Shown: positions 18,245-28,734 of the stretch, piece by piece
Numbering within the stretch: position 1 is the stretch's first letter
Layout: each line of letters begins with the position of its first letter
Source: Verrucomicrobiota bacterium
Lineage (GTDB): Bacteria; Verrucomicrobiota; Verrucomicrobiia; Limisphaerales; Palsa-1400
Direction: 5' to 3'
Length of the DNA: 64,000 nucleotides
Assembly: GCA_049510745.1 (NCBI GenBank)
Contig: JBEKYR010000001.1
Span: forward strand, 64,001-128,000
The notes under the pieces: model-generated
Seen by the model: the letters and a program-made list of their open reading frames with translations, nothing else
Told to the model about the DNA's origin: nothing
Database searches by the model: none
Made by a program: the position numbers and the translations under genes

Positions 18245-20452
18245 ATGAAGAAAATGACGATAAGCAAAAAACTGTGTTATCTGGCGTTTGTTGGCTTGGC
18301 GCTGTGTTTGAGTCACCGTGTTTCAGCGCAGGATGACCACTGGAATGGCACGACAAGCAACAATCTGTGGAACAACCCGGCGAACTGGAGTGAAGGCATA
18401 GTGCCGCCCAACGATACGAATGCGGTTCCCCCTTACCCCTGCGGCGGCGGGACATATTTTCGAGGCAACGTGTGGCTTGATCCCGCAAATGGAGATACCG
18501 TGATAACAATTCCCCCAGGGGACATTGAAGCTCCCGGCGTCCCAGTATGCGGTGAAGGGGATAACTATGCGTTTAATACGATTTTTGGCCCGGAGTTCGG
18601 ACTCACTCTCAACATCTACGGCTCGTTGAGCTTCGCCTGGACAATTGCCCCGTATTCGCCCGATCCCGCGGCGCGCAGCATTATCAATATGTTTACCAAT
18701 TCCTCCATGTCCACTGACGGCGCCTCTCTCAATCTCGGTGATGGCTGGTGGCCGATAGCGGAGGGGTGTTATGTGACGATGAACATGTACGACAACGCCC
18801 AATACAGCAGTCTTGGCGGAGCCGGATGGTGGTGGGGGGGTCATTTGAATATCTATGACAATGCGAGTTTCTTTATCAATGGGTACGTCAACTTTGGTGA
18901 TGTCTCGAATCCTAATTGGTCCCAATCTGACGGCACAAGGTCGCTTGTTCTCGGCGGCGGCACGTTGACCCTGCCGGAAGGCAGCATTACCGACACCAAT
19001 GCGGGAAAAGTCTTTGATTGGGTGGGAAGAGGCATGCTTCGAGCCTATGGCAAGGGGGAGGATACGAACGACCTTATTGCCACTGACAATACCACCAACA
19101 CGATCGTGACGGTTGTGCCTTTGGGCGGCGCCCTGGAACGTGTTTATTTCCAACCCTTGCTCAAGACTAATGTGCCCCTGGGCACGTTCCAACAGTTGGT
19201 GCTGGTCGGCGATTACCCGGCGGTCACGGGAGTCTATTTGAGTTCGTCGGAACCGGGTTTGAACCCGGCGTCGTTTCCCAAGCCGGTTTACACATCGAGC
19301 AATCCCAATGCGGTCACGGTGAATGCCGTCGGCGTTGCCACCGCCGTCGCTCCAGGCAGCGCCACGGTGAGCGCCACGGTCGGCGCGTTCACCAGCACCA
19401 ACACGGTGACGATTACCGTCTCGGATAACCCACCGAGCCTGATCCACCGCTACAGCTTTACCAACAGTTCGGGCACCAACGTGGCGGACTTGGTGGGCGG
19501 CACGAATTATACGGCCCAGCTCGTTGGCGGCGCCACTTTGGGCGGAGGACAGGTCACGCTGGATGGTTCAACGGGCTATGTGCAATTGCCGGCCGGAATT
19601 CTGGGCGGCTTGGACGAGGTCACGATCGAGACTTGGGCCAGCTTTGGCAGTCCCATCAATCATTTTGCGAATCTCTTCTGTTTTGGATATGCGGATCAAA
19701 CTGGGGCAAACAATGGGAGTGGAGCCGATTACATTAATGTCCAGTTGGACTACGCAGGAAATCCAACCACACAGTTGGACTTCGGCCAGGGTATCCCCGG
19801 CAACACGGGTGAACGGGATGCCGTGGCAAACACGGCTCTGGATGGAAAGACCAATGTGCAGGTCGTTGCCGTCTATCATCCGTATGCAGGCTACGAGTCG
19901 CTCTATATCAATGGCGCGCTTGCCGCGACTCAGACGATGTTCAACAACATGTCTGATCCAGTGGCTTTTGCCGGTCCTACCTACAACAGTGGAAGCATTC
20001 TGGCCTACACGCTCGGCGCGCAGGCGATTTTTGACGGCGCGGCCGGACCGACCCCGAACAATTATATCGGTTGGGATGTCTATCAAGGAACCAATGGTCT
20101 TATGCTTCCAGGGATTGCTGGCGCAGACCCGTCTCTCAATGGTTCGGTTGCTGAGTTTCGCATTTACAGCAGCCCGCTGACGGCCGCTCAGATCAAGGCC
20201 GACTACGCCCTCGGCCCCAATCAACTCATCGGTGCGAACACGCATGTGACGCTGACCGCGACGCTCTCGGGCGGCAACATAGTGATCAGTTGGCCGACGA
20301 GTTCCGCCTACGTGACCTTGGTGTCCAGCCCGGTGCTGGGGGCCGGCGCCGTGTGGACGCCGGTGAGCAGCGGCACGCTGGCGGTTGTCGGCGCCAATTA
20401 CCAGGAAACCATTGCAATTACAGGTTCCACCCAGTTCTTCGGACTGGAGTAA
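18245..20452 (+). CDS. Secreted protein: beta-rich N-terminal region + BIG_2 + LamG domain + C-terminal F-[YF]-x-L domain
   Basis: Signal peptide; WNG...WNNPANWS; YTSSNPNAVTV..G.ATAV..G.ATVSA; LIHRYSF...EFRIYSSPL; ends STQFFGLE. Confidence 0.85.
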   Translation: MKKMTISKKLCYLAFVGLALCLSHRVSAQDDHWNGTTSNNLWNNPANWSEGIVPPNDTNAVPPYPCGGGTYFRGNVWLDPANGDTVITIPPGDIEAPGVPVCGEGDNYAFNTIFGPEFGLTLNIYGSLSFAWTIAPYSPDPAARSIINMFTNSSMSTDGASLNLGDGWWPIAEGCYVTMNMYDNAQYSSLGGAGWWWGGHLNIYDNASFFINGYVNFGDVSNPNWSQSDGTRSLVLGGGTLTLPEGSITDTNAGKVFDWVGRGMLRAYGKGEDTNDLIATDNTTNTIVTVVPLGGALERVYFQPLLKTNVPLGTFQQLVLVGDYPAVTGVYLSSSEPGLNPASFPKPVYTSSNPNAVTVNAVGVATAVAPGSATVSATVGAFTSTNTVTITVSDNPPSLIHRYSFTNSSGTNVADLVGGTNYTAQLVGGATLGGGQVTLDGSTGYVQLPAGILGGLDEVTIETWASFGSPINHFANLFCFGYADQTGANNGSGADYINVQLDYAGNPTTQLDFGQGIPGNTGERDAVANTALDGKTNVQVVAVYHPYAGYESLYINGALAATQTMFNNMSDPVAFAGPTYNSGSILAYTLGAQAIFDGAAGPTPNNYIGWDVYQGTNGLMLPGIAGADPSLNGSVAEFRIYSSPLTAAQIKADYALGPNQLIGANTHVTLTATLSGGNIVISWPTSSAYVTLVSSPVLGAGAVWTPVSSGTLAVVGANYQETIAITGSTQFFGLE

Positions 20453-20465
20453 TGGGATTACAGGC

Positions 20466-20494
20466 GGGGCCGGGAGACGCCCGGCTCCCTTTCT
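20466..20494 (+). terminator. Weak terminator/stem-loop
   Basis: GGGGCCGGG-AGACG-CCCGGCTCC-CTTTCT. Confidence 0.4.
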
Positions 20495-20516
20495 GGCAGG
20501 GGTGGCAAGGCGAGGC

Positions 20517-22946
20517 ATGTTTGCGGTGCCTCGCCTTGTCCTTCTCCTTGCGTTCCTGGGCATCGGGCGCGGCGCGGCGCAGATTCCGTTGCAGGGCGAC
20601 TTTTTTGTTCACGATCCGTCCCCCATGAACAAATGCGACGGGCGCTATTACATCTACTTTACAGGCCAGGACATTCCCTCTATTTCATCGCCGGACAAAA
20701 TCAATTGGGTGGCGGGGCCATCCGCCTTCAACGCCACCAACGCGCCTCTCTGGACCACCAACGCGGTTCCGGGATTCACCGGCTTTTTCTGGGCGCCGGA
20801 CGTGGTCGGTCTCAACGGCGGCTATTACCTTTACTACGCCGTCTCCACTTTCGGCAGCCAGGTGTCCGCCATAGGGCTGGCCACCAATTCCACCCTGGAC
20901 CCGGCGGCGCCCGGTTACCAATGGGTGGACCAGGGGCCGGTCATCCAGTCCGGCAGCGGAGTCAATTACAATGCGATCGATCCCAGTGTGCTTCTGCTGG
21001 CCAACGGCCAGTTGTGGATGTCGTTCGGTTCCTTCTGGAGCGGCATCCAGATGATCCAGCTTGATCCCGTGACCGGCAAACGGATCAGCGCCAATTCCAC
21101 TGTCTATGCCCTGGCCACCCATCCGCCGAGCACGGCCATCGAAGCCTCATGCCTCGCGCAAAATGGCAGTTTCTACTATCTGTTTGTCAACTGGGACACC
21201 TGCTGTTCCGGGGTTGACAGCACCTATAGCATCCGGGTCGGCCGCAGTTCCAGCATCACCGGGCCGTATTTGGACCAGAACGGCGTCAGTATGGCGGCCG
21301 GAGGCGGCACGCTCTTTCTGGAGAGCACGGGACGATTCATCGGCCCCGGCCAGGCGGGCCTGTTGGTTGAGGCGCAGACCAATTGGTTTACTTACCACTA
21401 CTACGACGGCAACAACCACGGCGCCCCGACTCTCGGCCTGGGCCAGATGACTTGGAGCGCCGGCGGCTGGCCGCAATTGACCAATAACTGGTGCGCCTTT
21501 TATCCGTTTGAAGCCAACGCCCAGGAGCATCTCGGCCAGTTTAACGGACAGATGGTCAACGGCGCCTCCATCACCAACGACCCCGATCGCGGCCACACCC
21601 TCCTCCTGGACGGCGTCAGCAACTATGCCTCGCTGCCCTTATCGGCCGCCAACGCCAGCACGTTTGCCATTTGGGCAAAATGGAACGGCGGCGCCGGCTG
21701 GCAGCGCGTCTTCGATTTTGGCGATGGCACCGGCCGCTACCTCTTCTTGACGCCCGCCAATGGAGTCAACGGCCTGCTGCGATTCGCCATTACCACCAAC
21801 GGCAACGGCAATGAACAAATCATCGACGCCCCCATCGCCTTGCCGACAAATTCGTGGTGTCATCTCGCGGTGGTCCTCAACGGCGCGTCGGGCAAGCTTT
21901 ATTTCAACGGCCTTCCCGTTGCCACCAAGAGCAATCTGACCATTCGACCCTGGCAGGTCCAGGCTGCCAGCAATTACCTCGGATTGAGCCAGTTTGCCGC
22001 CGATCCCCATTTCAGCGGGCAACTCGATTCCCTTCGCATTTACGGCATCGCTCTGAGCGACGCGCAAGTCCTGAATGTGGCCGAGGCCCATCCCGGGTTG
22101 GCCCATCGCTACTCTTTTTCCGCCGACGCCACCGACTCCATCGGCGCCGCGGATGGCGCCCTCAGTGGAAACGCGCTCATCGCCGGGAACGCGCTCGTTT
22201 TGGACGGTTCGACGGGAAGCTATGTCAATCTGCCCGGCGGATTGGTCAGCGGATGCACGGCGGCGAGCCTGGAATTCTGGGCCACGTTTGGGGTCAACAG
22301 CAACTGGGCGAGAGTTTTCGACTTTGGCGCGACCAACGGGGCCAGCGGCCAGCAGTTTCTTTTCTTCAGCCCGCACACCGGCGTCAATTCGCAACGCCTG
22401 ACAATCTCCACGTCCACCGCAACCGCCAACCTCGACGTTCCGGGGACGCTCGACGGCGCCGCCGTGCAGGTCGTCTGCATCGTCGATCCCACCAACAATT
22501 ACTGCGCCATTTACACCAATGGGACCCTGGAATCCGCCGCCACCGCCGCCCTGCCGCCTTTGAGCGGCGTCAGTTCGGCCCTTTCCTATCTGGGCCGCTC
22601 TCTTTTTTCCGCCGATGCGTGGCTGACGGGCGCGATCGACGAGTTTCGCATTTATGACGGCCGTCTTTCGCCCCAGCAAATCATGGCCGATTACCAAGGC
22701 GGCCCCAACGGACTGGCCATGCCGGTCAGTCTGGCCGCCTGGGCGTCCGGCCAGACTTTCACCTTGACGTGGCCCTCCTTCGCCGCCGGTTTCCTGCTCG
22801 AATCGGCCCCGGCGCTGGGCGCGGGCGCGCGTTGGAGCGTCGTGACCAACACGGCCAGCATCGCCAACAACACCAATTGGGTCGTGCTTCCCGTTGCCAA
22901 TGCCGCCGCGTTTTTTAGACTGCGCCGGGCGGACGTTGGCAGCTAA
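20517..22946 (+). CDS. Multimodular GH43 arabinanase with two LamG domains and C-terminal FFRL domain
   Basis: VHDPS, FWAPDV, NAIDPS, SFGSFWSGI, AIEAS, CCSGVDSTY; two LamG units; ends AAFFRLRR. Start moved to ATG 20517. Confidence 0.9.
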   Translation: MFAVPRLVLLLAFLGIGRGAAQIPLQGDFFVHDPSPMNKCDGRYYIYFTGQDIPSISSPDKINWVAGPSAFNATNAPLWTTNAVPGFTGFFWAPDVVGLNGGYYLYYAVSTFGSQVSAIGLATNSTLDPAAPGYQWVDQGPVIQSGSGVNYNAIDPSVLLLANGQLWMSFGSFWSGIQMIQLDPVTGKRISANSTVYALATHPPSTAIEASCLAQNGSFYYLFVNWDTCCSGVDSTYSIRVGRSSSITGPYLDQNGVSMAAGGGTLFLESTGRFIGPGQAGLLVEAQTNWFTYHYYDGNNHGAPTLGLGQMTWSAGGWPQLTNNWCAFYPFEANAQEHLGQFNGQMVNGASITNDPDRGHTLLLDGVSNYASLPLSAANASTFAIWAKWNGGAGWQRVFDFGDGTGRYLFLTPANGVNGLLRFAITTNGNGNEQIIDAPIALPTNSWCHLAVVLNGASGKLYFNGLPVATKSNLTIRPWQVQAASNYLGLSQFAADPHFSGQLDSLRIYGIALSDAQVLNVAEAHPGLAHRYSFSADATDSIGAADGALSGNALIAGNALVLDGSTGSYVNLPGGLVSGCTAASLEFWATFGVNSNWARVFDFGATNGASGQQFLFFSPHTGVNSQRLTISTSTATANLDVPGTLDGAAVQVVCIVDPTNNYCAIYTNGTLESAATAALPPLSGVSSALSYLGRSLFSADAWLTGAIDEFRIYDGRLSPQQIMADYQGGPNGLAMPVSLAAWASGQTFTLTWPSFAAGFLLESAPALGAGARWSVVTNTASIANNTNWVVLPVANAAAFFRLRRADVGS

Positions 22947-22954
22947 ACTCCGAT

Positions 22955-23956
22955 ATGACTTCGCCATCCCAAAAACTGGCCGTTGTTGTTCTAAGCCTGG
23001 CTTGCTGCGGCGTTGCCTTCGGCGCGGAGACCAACACGGCCACCAATACGGCGGTCCTCCTGCTTGGCCGGCGCGACGTCTCCGTCCACGACCCATCCAC
23101 CATTGTCCGTTGCAAGGATGAGTACTGGGTTTTCGCCACCGGCCGCGGCCTCGTTTCCCGCCATTCCACCAATTTGACGCATTGGACTCTAGGCCCGCGG
23201 GTTTTCACAAACGCCCCGTCCTGGACCACCAACGCCGTTCCCGGCAATCGCGGCGATTTCTGGGCTCCGGACGTTATCCACCTGGGCAACCGCTACCTCC
23301 TTTACTACGCCGTCTCCACTTGGGGCAAGAACACCTCCGCCATCGGACTGGCGACCAATCGCACCCTGGATCCCGCCGACCCCGATTACGCCTGGGCAGA
23401 TCAGGGACCCGTCATCCAAACCACGGCCACAAGCGACTGCAATGCCATCGATCCGGCGATCACATTGGACACCGGCGGAAAATTGTGGCTCGCCTTCGGC
23501 TCCTTTTGGACCGGCATCAAACTGGTGGAACTCGACCCCACGACCGGCAAACGCCGCGCCACCAATTCTCCCATCTACTCGCTGGCCCACCATGACATGA
23601 TCGAAGCGTCCTATATCTATTGGCGCGACGGTTATTACTATTTGTTCGTCAACTGGGGCCAATGCTGCCGGGGCGTCAAGAGCACCTATAACATTCGCGT
23701 CGGCCGCTGCAAAAAGATCACCGGCCCCTACCTGGACAAGGAGGGGGTCGATCTGCTTCTGGACGGCGGCAGTTTGGTTTTGGGCAGCACTGGGCCGTTC
23801 ATCGGGCCGGGCCACGCGGGCATCATTTCGGCCGGCGGACAGGATTGGTTCAGTTGTCATTTTTATGACGGCACGCGCGAGGGAAATCCGACGCTGGCTC
23901 TCCTTCCCCTCCAATGGGATGCCGCCGGCTGGCCGGTAGTGGGCGCTCCGCACTGA
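22955..23956 (+). CDS. Secreted GH43 endo-1,5-alpha-L-arabinanase
   Basis: VHDPS, FWAPDV, NAIDPA, FGSFWTGI, IEAS, CCRGVKSTY, GPGH. Confidence 0.92.
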   Translation: MTSPSQKLAVVVLSLACCGVAFGAETNTATNTAVLLLGRRDVSVHDPSTIVRCKDEYWVFATGRGLVSRHSTNLTHWTLGPRVFTNAPSWTTNAVPGNRGDFWAPDVIHLGNRYLLYYAVSTWGKNTSAIGLATNRTLDPADPDYAWADQGPVIQTTATSDCNAIDPAITLDTGGKLWLAFGSFWTGIKLVELDPTTGKRRATNSPIYSLAHHDMIEASYIYWRDGYYYLFVNWGQCCRGVKSTYNIRVGRCKKITGPYLDKEGVDLLLDGGSLVLGSTGPFIGPGHAGIISAGGQDWFSCHFYDGTREGNPTLALLPLQWDAAGWPVVGAPH

Positions 23957-24005
23957 TGCGAGAAGCAAACATGAAATCCTTGACTCCACGACAAACTCAA
24001 ACCTT

Positions 24006-25979
24006 ATGAAACTGAAACTCTCCATTGTCTCAACCCTTGGCGCGGCCCTGGCCTTGCTGGCCGCAAATCCTGCCGCCCGCGCCACCACCCTGACCATCGA
24101 CGCCGGGCATCCCGGCGCCGCCATCAATCCCGCCATGTGGGGGATATTTTTCGAGGACATCAATTTCGGGGCCGACGGCGGCCTTTATGCCGAAATGGTC
24201 AAGAACCGTTCGTTTGAGTTCCCGGACCCGCTGATGGGCTGGATAAAAATCAGTCCCAGCCTGGCCAGGGGCGAACTGGCCGTGCGCGGGGAGGATCCCT
24301 TGACGCCGGCCAATCCCCATTATCTGCGCGTTCACTCCGAAGGCTCGGCCCCGTTCGGGATTTCCAACCCTGGCTTCCGGCGCATGGGTGTGAGTCAAGA
24401 CGAAAGCTACAATTTCTCCATCGAAGTCCGCCCGGTGGCCGGCGCGCCCGTCCTGGAGGCGCAATTGGTGGCGGCCGATGGCAGCGTGCTCGACTCGGCG
24501 CGGCTGGAGGGGTTTGCCGCCGGATGGAAGCGATACACCCTGGTGCTGCATCCCAAGGAGAGCGATTGGGGGGCGCGGCTGAATGTCCTCATGACAACCA
24601 AAGGAACGGTGGATTTGGACATGGTTTCATTATTCCCGGAACACACCTGGAAAAACCGCCCGGGCGGGTTGCGCGCCGACATGGCGCAAATGCTGGCGGA
24701 TCTCAAGCCCGGCTTTCTGCGGTTCCCCGGCGGTTGCATCGTCGAAGGCAGCATCCTGGACCGCCGTTACCAATGGAAGAAGACCATCGGGCCGGTTGGG
24801 GACCGCTCTCTCCTCATCAACCGCTGGAATTATGAGTTCGTTCACCGGCCCACTCCCGATTATTTCCAGTCCTTCGGCCTGGGCTTCTTTGAGTTCTTCC
24901 AACTGTGCGAAGACATCGGCGCGCAGCCGCTGCCCATTCTCAACTGCGGCATGGCCTGCCAGTTCAACTCGGGCGAACTGTGTCCGCTCGACCAGCTTGA
25001 GCCTTACATTCAGGACGCCTTGGACCTCATTGAATTCGCCAACGGGCCGGAGACCAGCGTCTGGGGCGCGAAACGGGCGGCAATGGGCCATCCCCAGCCG
25101 TTCCAGATGAAAATGATGGGGGTGGGCAACGAGCAGTGGGGCCCGCAGTATATCGAGCGCTACGTCCGGTTCGCCGCCGCGCTCAAGGCAAAGCATCCGG
25201 AAATTATGCTTGTCTCGGATGCCGGCCCGTCGCCCGACGACGAACGTTTCCAGTTTCTCTGGCCCAAACTGCGCGAGCTGCATGCGGACATTGTGGACGA
25301 GCATTGCTACGCCAATCCCCCCTGGTTTTTCAACAACACCCATCGCTACGACAACTATGATCCCAACGGCCCGAAGGTCTTCATGGGCGAGTATGCCGCC
25401 CAAAGCGTTGACGTCGTCAGCCCCAAAAACCGCAATACGCTGGAATGCGCGCTGGCCGAAGCCGCCTATATGACCGGCCTGGAACGCAATGCCGCCGTCG
25501 TCCGCATGGCCTCCTACGCGCCCCTCTTCGGCAACGCGGAGGCCTGGCAATGGACGCCCAACCTGATCTGGGTGGACAACCACCGGATTTACGGCACGCC
25601 CGATTATTACGCCCAGCAACTTTTCAGCCGCAACCGCGGCGACGTCGTCCTGCCCGTTTCCAGTGACGATCCAGCCTCGACCAGTTTCTTTGCCTCGGCG
25701 GTGCGGGACAATCAGACGAAGGACATCATTCTCAAAGTGGTCAACGCGAGCAGCCAGGCGGCGCCCGCCGCCCTTCATCTTAACGGAATCCCGCCCGGCG
25801 CGCAGAAGGCGCAAGCCACCATTCTGACGAGCGACAACACGGCGGATGAAAATTCATTCGACCAGCCGCGCAAAGTTGCGCCGGTCACGGTTTCGATCGG
25901 AGAGGTTGGAGGGGGGTTTGACTACACCTTCAGGCCCAATTCGCTGACCGTGCTCAGAATCGGGCCGGGCCGCGAATGA
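24006..25979 (+). CDS. Secreted GH51 alpha-L-arabinofuranosidase
   Basis: GIFFEDIN..ADGGLYAE, FLRFPGGC, GVGNEQWG, FMGEYA, ASYAPL. Confidence 0.95.
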   Translation: MKLKLSIVSTLGAALALLAANPAARATTLTIDAGHPGAAINPAMWGIFFEDINFGADGGLYAEMVKNRSFEFPDPLMGWIKISPSLARGELAVRGEDPLTPANPHYLRVHSEGSAPFGISNPGFRRMGVSQDESYNFSIEVRPVAGAPVLEAQLVAADGSVLDSARLEGFAAGWKRYTLVLHPKESDWGARLNVLMTTKGTVDLDMVSLFPEHTWKNRPGGLRADMAQMLADLKPGFLRFPGGCIVEGSILDRRYQWKKTIGPVGDRSLLINRWNYEFVHRPTPDYFQSFGLGFFEFFQLCEDIGAQPLPILNCGMACQFNSGELCPLDQLEPYIQDALDLIEFANGPETSVWGAKRAAMGHPQPFQMKMMGVGNEQWGPQYIERYVRFAAALKAKHPEIMLVSDAGPSPDDERFQFLWPKLRELHADIVDEHCYANPPWFFNNTHRYDNYDPNGPKVFMGEYAAQSVDVVSPKNRNTLECALAEAAYMTGLERNAAVVRMASYAPLFGNAEAWQWTPNLIWVDNHRIYGTPDYYAQQLFSRNRGDVVLPVSSDDPASTSFFASAVRDNQTKDIILKVVNASSQAAPAALHLNGIPPGAQKAQATILTSDNTADENSFDQPRKVAPVTVSIGEVGGGFDYTFRPNSLTVLRIGPGRE

Positions 25980-26091
25980 ATCCATTCACGGCCGGACCTC
26001 CGGCGGCGCGCCGCCGCGCCTGGTTTCCACGCCACAAAATGGCTTGCCGCAATTTTTCGGCGGGCGCATATTGTATCTGTCGATTGGCCGT

Positions 26092-26166
26092 GCGCGCTTA
26101 GCTCAGCGGTAGAGCATTACCTTCACACGGTAGGGGTCGCAGGTTCAAACCCTGCAGCGCGCACCA
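26092..26166 (+). tRNA. tRNA-Val (anticodon CAC)
   Basis: Cloverleaf: GCGCGCT/AGCGCGC acceptor stem, GCTC/GAGC D-stem, TTACC-TTCACAC-GGTAG, GCAGG-TTCAAAC-CCTGC, encoded CCA; upstream TTGCCG-17-CATATT. Confidence 0.97.
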
Positions 26167-26252
26167 TTCTTCATTTGCAATGGGTGACGCGGATTTTGAG
26201 CTAAAACCAACAACCAGTTCAGATTTGTTTCAGGATATGATTAAGGAACAGG

Positions 26253-27527
26253 TTAGTTTTCGAATCGCTTGCGCCAGGCCCAAAGGCCGAGCGCCGGGTT
26301 GGAAATATAGAAAATCCGTTCGCCGTCGGGCAGCGTGTTCCAGCCGTCCTTCAGGGCCGCTGGATTATAGCGCCGCATCGTGGCGGCAAGATCGGCATAT
26401 TTGAAGCCGACGCTCTCGATCTCCGCACATGTGAGTTGGCCGGGGCAATAGGTGATACTGAAGCGGCCTTCGCTGGAGCCGTGAATCAGGTGTGCGGCGG
26501 CGCTGAGGTTCTCGCGCAACTCGCCGTTGGCCCGAGTTGCCGCCAGCGTGGCCGGCGTGCCGCGATAGCCGTACTTGCGGATAAGACGATCAATCTCCGG
26601 GTCTTCGCCAAACTCTTTGAGACCGGGAGCGAGAACGACCAACTCACCGCCGTCGGCCATGGCCATGCGCGTGCGATAGACGCTTTTGTTGCCAAGCCAG
26701 GTGCTTTTGAACTCACCCGGATCGAGATAGACAACCACCTTTTTCAGCGGTTCATCGAGCATCTCAAAATTGACCTTGAGGGACAAATCCGCGGCCTTGG
26801 TGAATGCGGAAGCGTCGTCGCCGATAAACAGGCCGCGGACCTGGAGTTTGCCCTGCTCGTCGCGGCTGACCACGGTGTGCATATAGACGATGGGCAGGTG
26901 ACGCGTGAACTTTTCTCCCGCGTAGTTGAGCATTCTGCGGACCGGGGTGTCGGCCCGCCCCATCATGCGTTCCATGCCGTAAGCGGCGCCGACAAAATGG
27001 CTCTTGTTGATCGCCTCGGCCCCGCCGGTGCCGACGAAGATATTCTTGTTGTAACTGGCCATGCCGATCACTTCGTGCGGCACAACCTGGCCGATTGATA
27101 GGATCAAATCATGTTTGCCGGTCCAGATCAGGTTGGCCAGTTGCGCCGGCCACGCGAAGTCGGCAGCACCTTCGGAGACCTCGCGCACGAATTCGGCCGG
27201 CACTTCGCCGACGGTAGTGACGCCGGTGCGCCAGTTATGCACACGGAACAGGCTGGCAGGCACACCGGCGAACATTTCGGCGATTTGCGCCGGGGTCACG
27301 GGAGAGTGCGTTCCGAGCGCAGGCAGCACGTCCGCGAGCCGGTCCCCGCAATAATCGTAAACCAGACGCGTGAGAACCCCGGCATGGGAATGAAACCGGG
27401 TAAAATCCGGCGGGATAACAAGCACCCGGCGGCGTGGCCCCAGCCGCTCCATGGCCTGGGCAACACCCGCGCGCAAGTCCCCGGTTGCAATTTTGTCGGG
27501 TGCAGAGCCGCGTTCAAAGTAAAGCAT
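26253..27527 (-). CDS. LarA-homologue (DUF2088) nickel-pincer-dependent 2-hydroxyacid racemase/epimerase, probable sugar-acid epimerase
   Basis: PPDFTR, ALGTH, VVPHEVIGMASYNKN, NKSH match LarA active-site motifs; next to a KDG-kinase-like gene. Confidence 0.85.
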   Translation of the reverse strand: MLYFERGSAPDKIATGDLRAGVAQAMERLGPRRRVLVIPPDFTRFHSHAGVLTRLVYDYCGDRLADVLPALGTHSPVTPAQIAEMFAGVPASLFRVHNWRTGVTTVGEVPAEFVREVSEGAADFAWPAQLANLIWTGKHDLILSIGQVVPHEVIGMASYNKNIFVGTGGAEAINKSHFVGAAYGMERMMGRADTPVRRMLNYAGEKFTRHLPIVYMHTVVSRDEQGKLQVRGLFIGDDASAFTKAADLSLKVNFEMLDEPLKKVVVYLDPGEFKSTWLGNKSVYRTRMAMADGGELVVLAPGLKEFGEDPEIDRLIRKYGYRGTPATLAATRANGELRENLSAAAHLIHGSSEGRFSITYCPGQLTCAEIESVGFKYADLAATMRRYNPAALKDGWNTLPDGERIFYISNPALGLWAWRKRFEN

Positions 27528-27580
27528 AAGGAGACACTAGTTTGCCCCAATCTCCTGGGCATTGAAAGCTCTTTGGCAAT

Positions 27581-28663
27581 TCAACGTTGGATGCGCGCGG
27601 AGCCACCCTTGGCAAAGGCCTTGACTTGATCCACCGTGGCCATGGTGGTGTCGCCGGGGAAGGTGGTCAGCAAGGCGCCGTGGGCCCAGCCCAGCTTGAC
27701 CGCTTCCTCCGGGGCTTCCCCGCTCAGCAAGCCGTAGAAGAAACCGGCTGCAAAACCGTCCCCGCCGCCCACCCGGTCGAACACCTCCAACTCGCAAGCA
27801 GGCGCGAGATAATTCTTGCCGTCGATCCAGGCCACGGCGCTCCAATGATGGCGATTGGTCGAATGGACCTCGCGCAAAGTCGTGGCGATAATCTTCACCT
27901 GCGGATGTTGTTTGGTAACCCGTTCGATCATGGTCAAGAAGGCCGATGGGTCGAGTTTGGATTTGGCCGCCATTTCCGGTCCGGCAATGCCCAGGCCTTT
28001 TTGCATGTCTTCCTCGTTGCCCACCAACACGTCCACGTTCTTGACAATCCGGTTGATGACCGATACGGCCCGATCCTGGCCGCCTGAGATTTTCCAGAGC
28101 TTCTCCCGGAAATTCAGGTCGAAAGAAACCACGGCCCCGGCCGCCTTGGCCGCCTGCATGCCTTCGATAATCAACTCGGCCGTGGTTTGCGAAAGCGCCG
28201 CGAAAATCCCGCCGCTATGGAACCAACGCACGCCCCCGGCAAAAATCTGTTTCCAATCGAAGTCCCCCGGCTTGAGTTGAGCTGCGGCTTCATTACAGCG
28301 GTTGTAAAAGACCACCGGCGCGCGCACGCCCTGCCCGCGGTCGCTATAAACCGCGGCCATGTTGGGACCGGTCACGCCATTGTGGGCAAAGTGCTTGTAA
28401 AATGGCTTTACGCCCATGGCTCGCACCCGCTCGGCAATGAGATCGCCAATGGGGTAATCCACCATGGCGGTGGCAATCCCGGTTTGCAGTCGAAAGCAGT
28501 CCGACAAATTGGCCGCCACATTATACTCGCCGCCGCTGACATGGATCCGGCACTCAGTGGCTTTGCGAAAAGGAATAATGCCGGGGTCCAGGCGGTGGAC
28601 CAAACCTCCAAGCGATACCAGGTCCAGCGCGCCGCCCGTTCTTATATTTAGTCCGTATTTCAT
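27581..28663 (-). CDS. kdgK: PfkB sugar kinase, 2-keto-3-deoxygluconate kinase-like
   Basis: GGEYNVA, SFDLNFREKLW, GNEED, DRVGGGDGF, TTFPGD. Confidence 0.85.
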   Translation of the reverse strand: MKYGLNIRTGGALDLVSLGGLVHRLDPGIIPFRKATECRIHVSGGEYNVAANLSDCFRLQTGIATAMVDYPIGDLIAERVRAMGVKPFYKHFAHNGVTGPNMAAVYSDRGQGVRAPVVFYNRCNEAAAQLKPGDFDWKQIFAGGVRWFHSGGIFAALSQTTAELIIEGMQAAKAAGAVVSFDLNFREKLWKISGGQDRAVSVINRIVKNVDVLVGNEEDMQKGLGIAGPEMAAKSKLDPSAFLTMIERVTKQHPQVKIIATTLREVHSTNRHHWSAVAWIDGKNYLAPACELEVFDRVGGGDGFAAGFFYGLLSGEAPEEAVKLGWAHGALLTTFPGDTTMATVDQVKAFAKGGSARIQR

Positions 28664-28734
28664 GGGTGGGACGTTGACCGAATCCAGCCTCGTTTGTCAC
28701 GGAAAAAACGGACGTGTTTCCGCTAAGACCTTAG

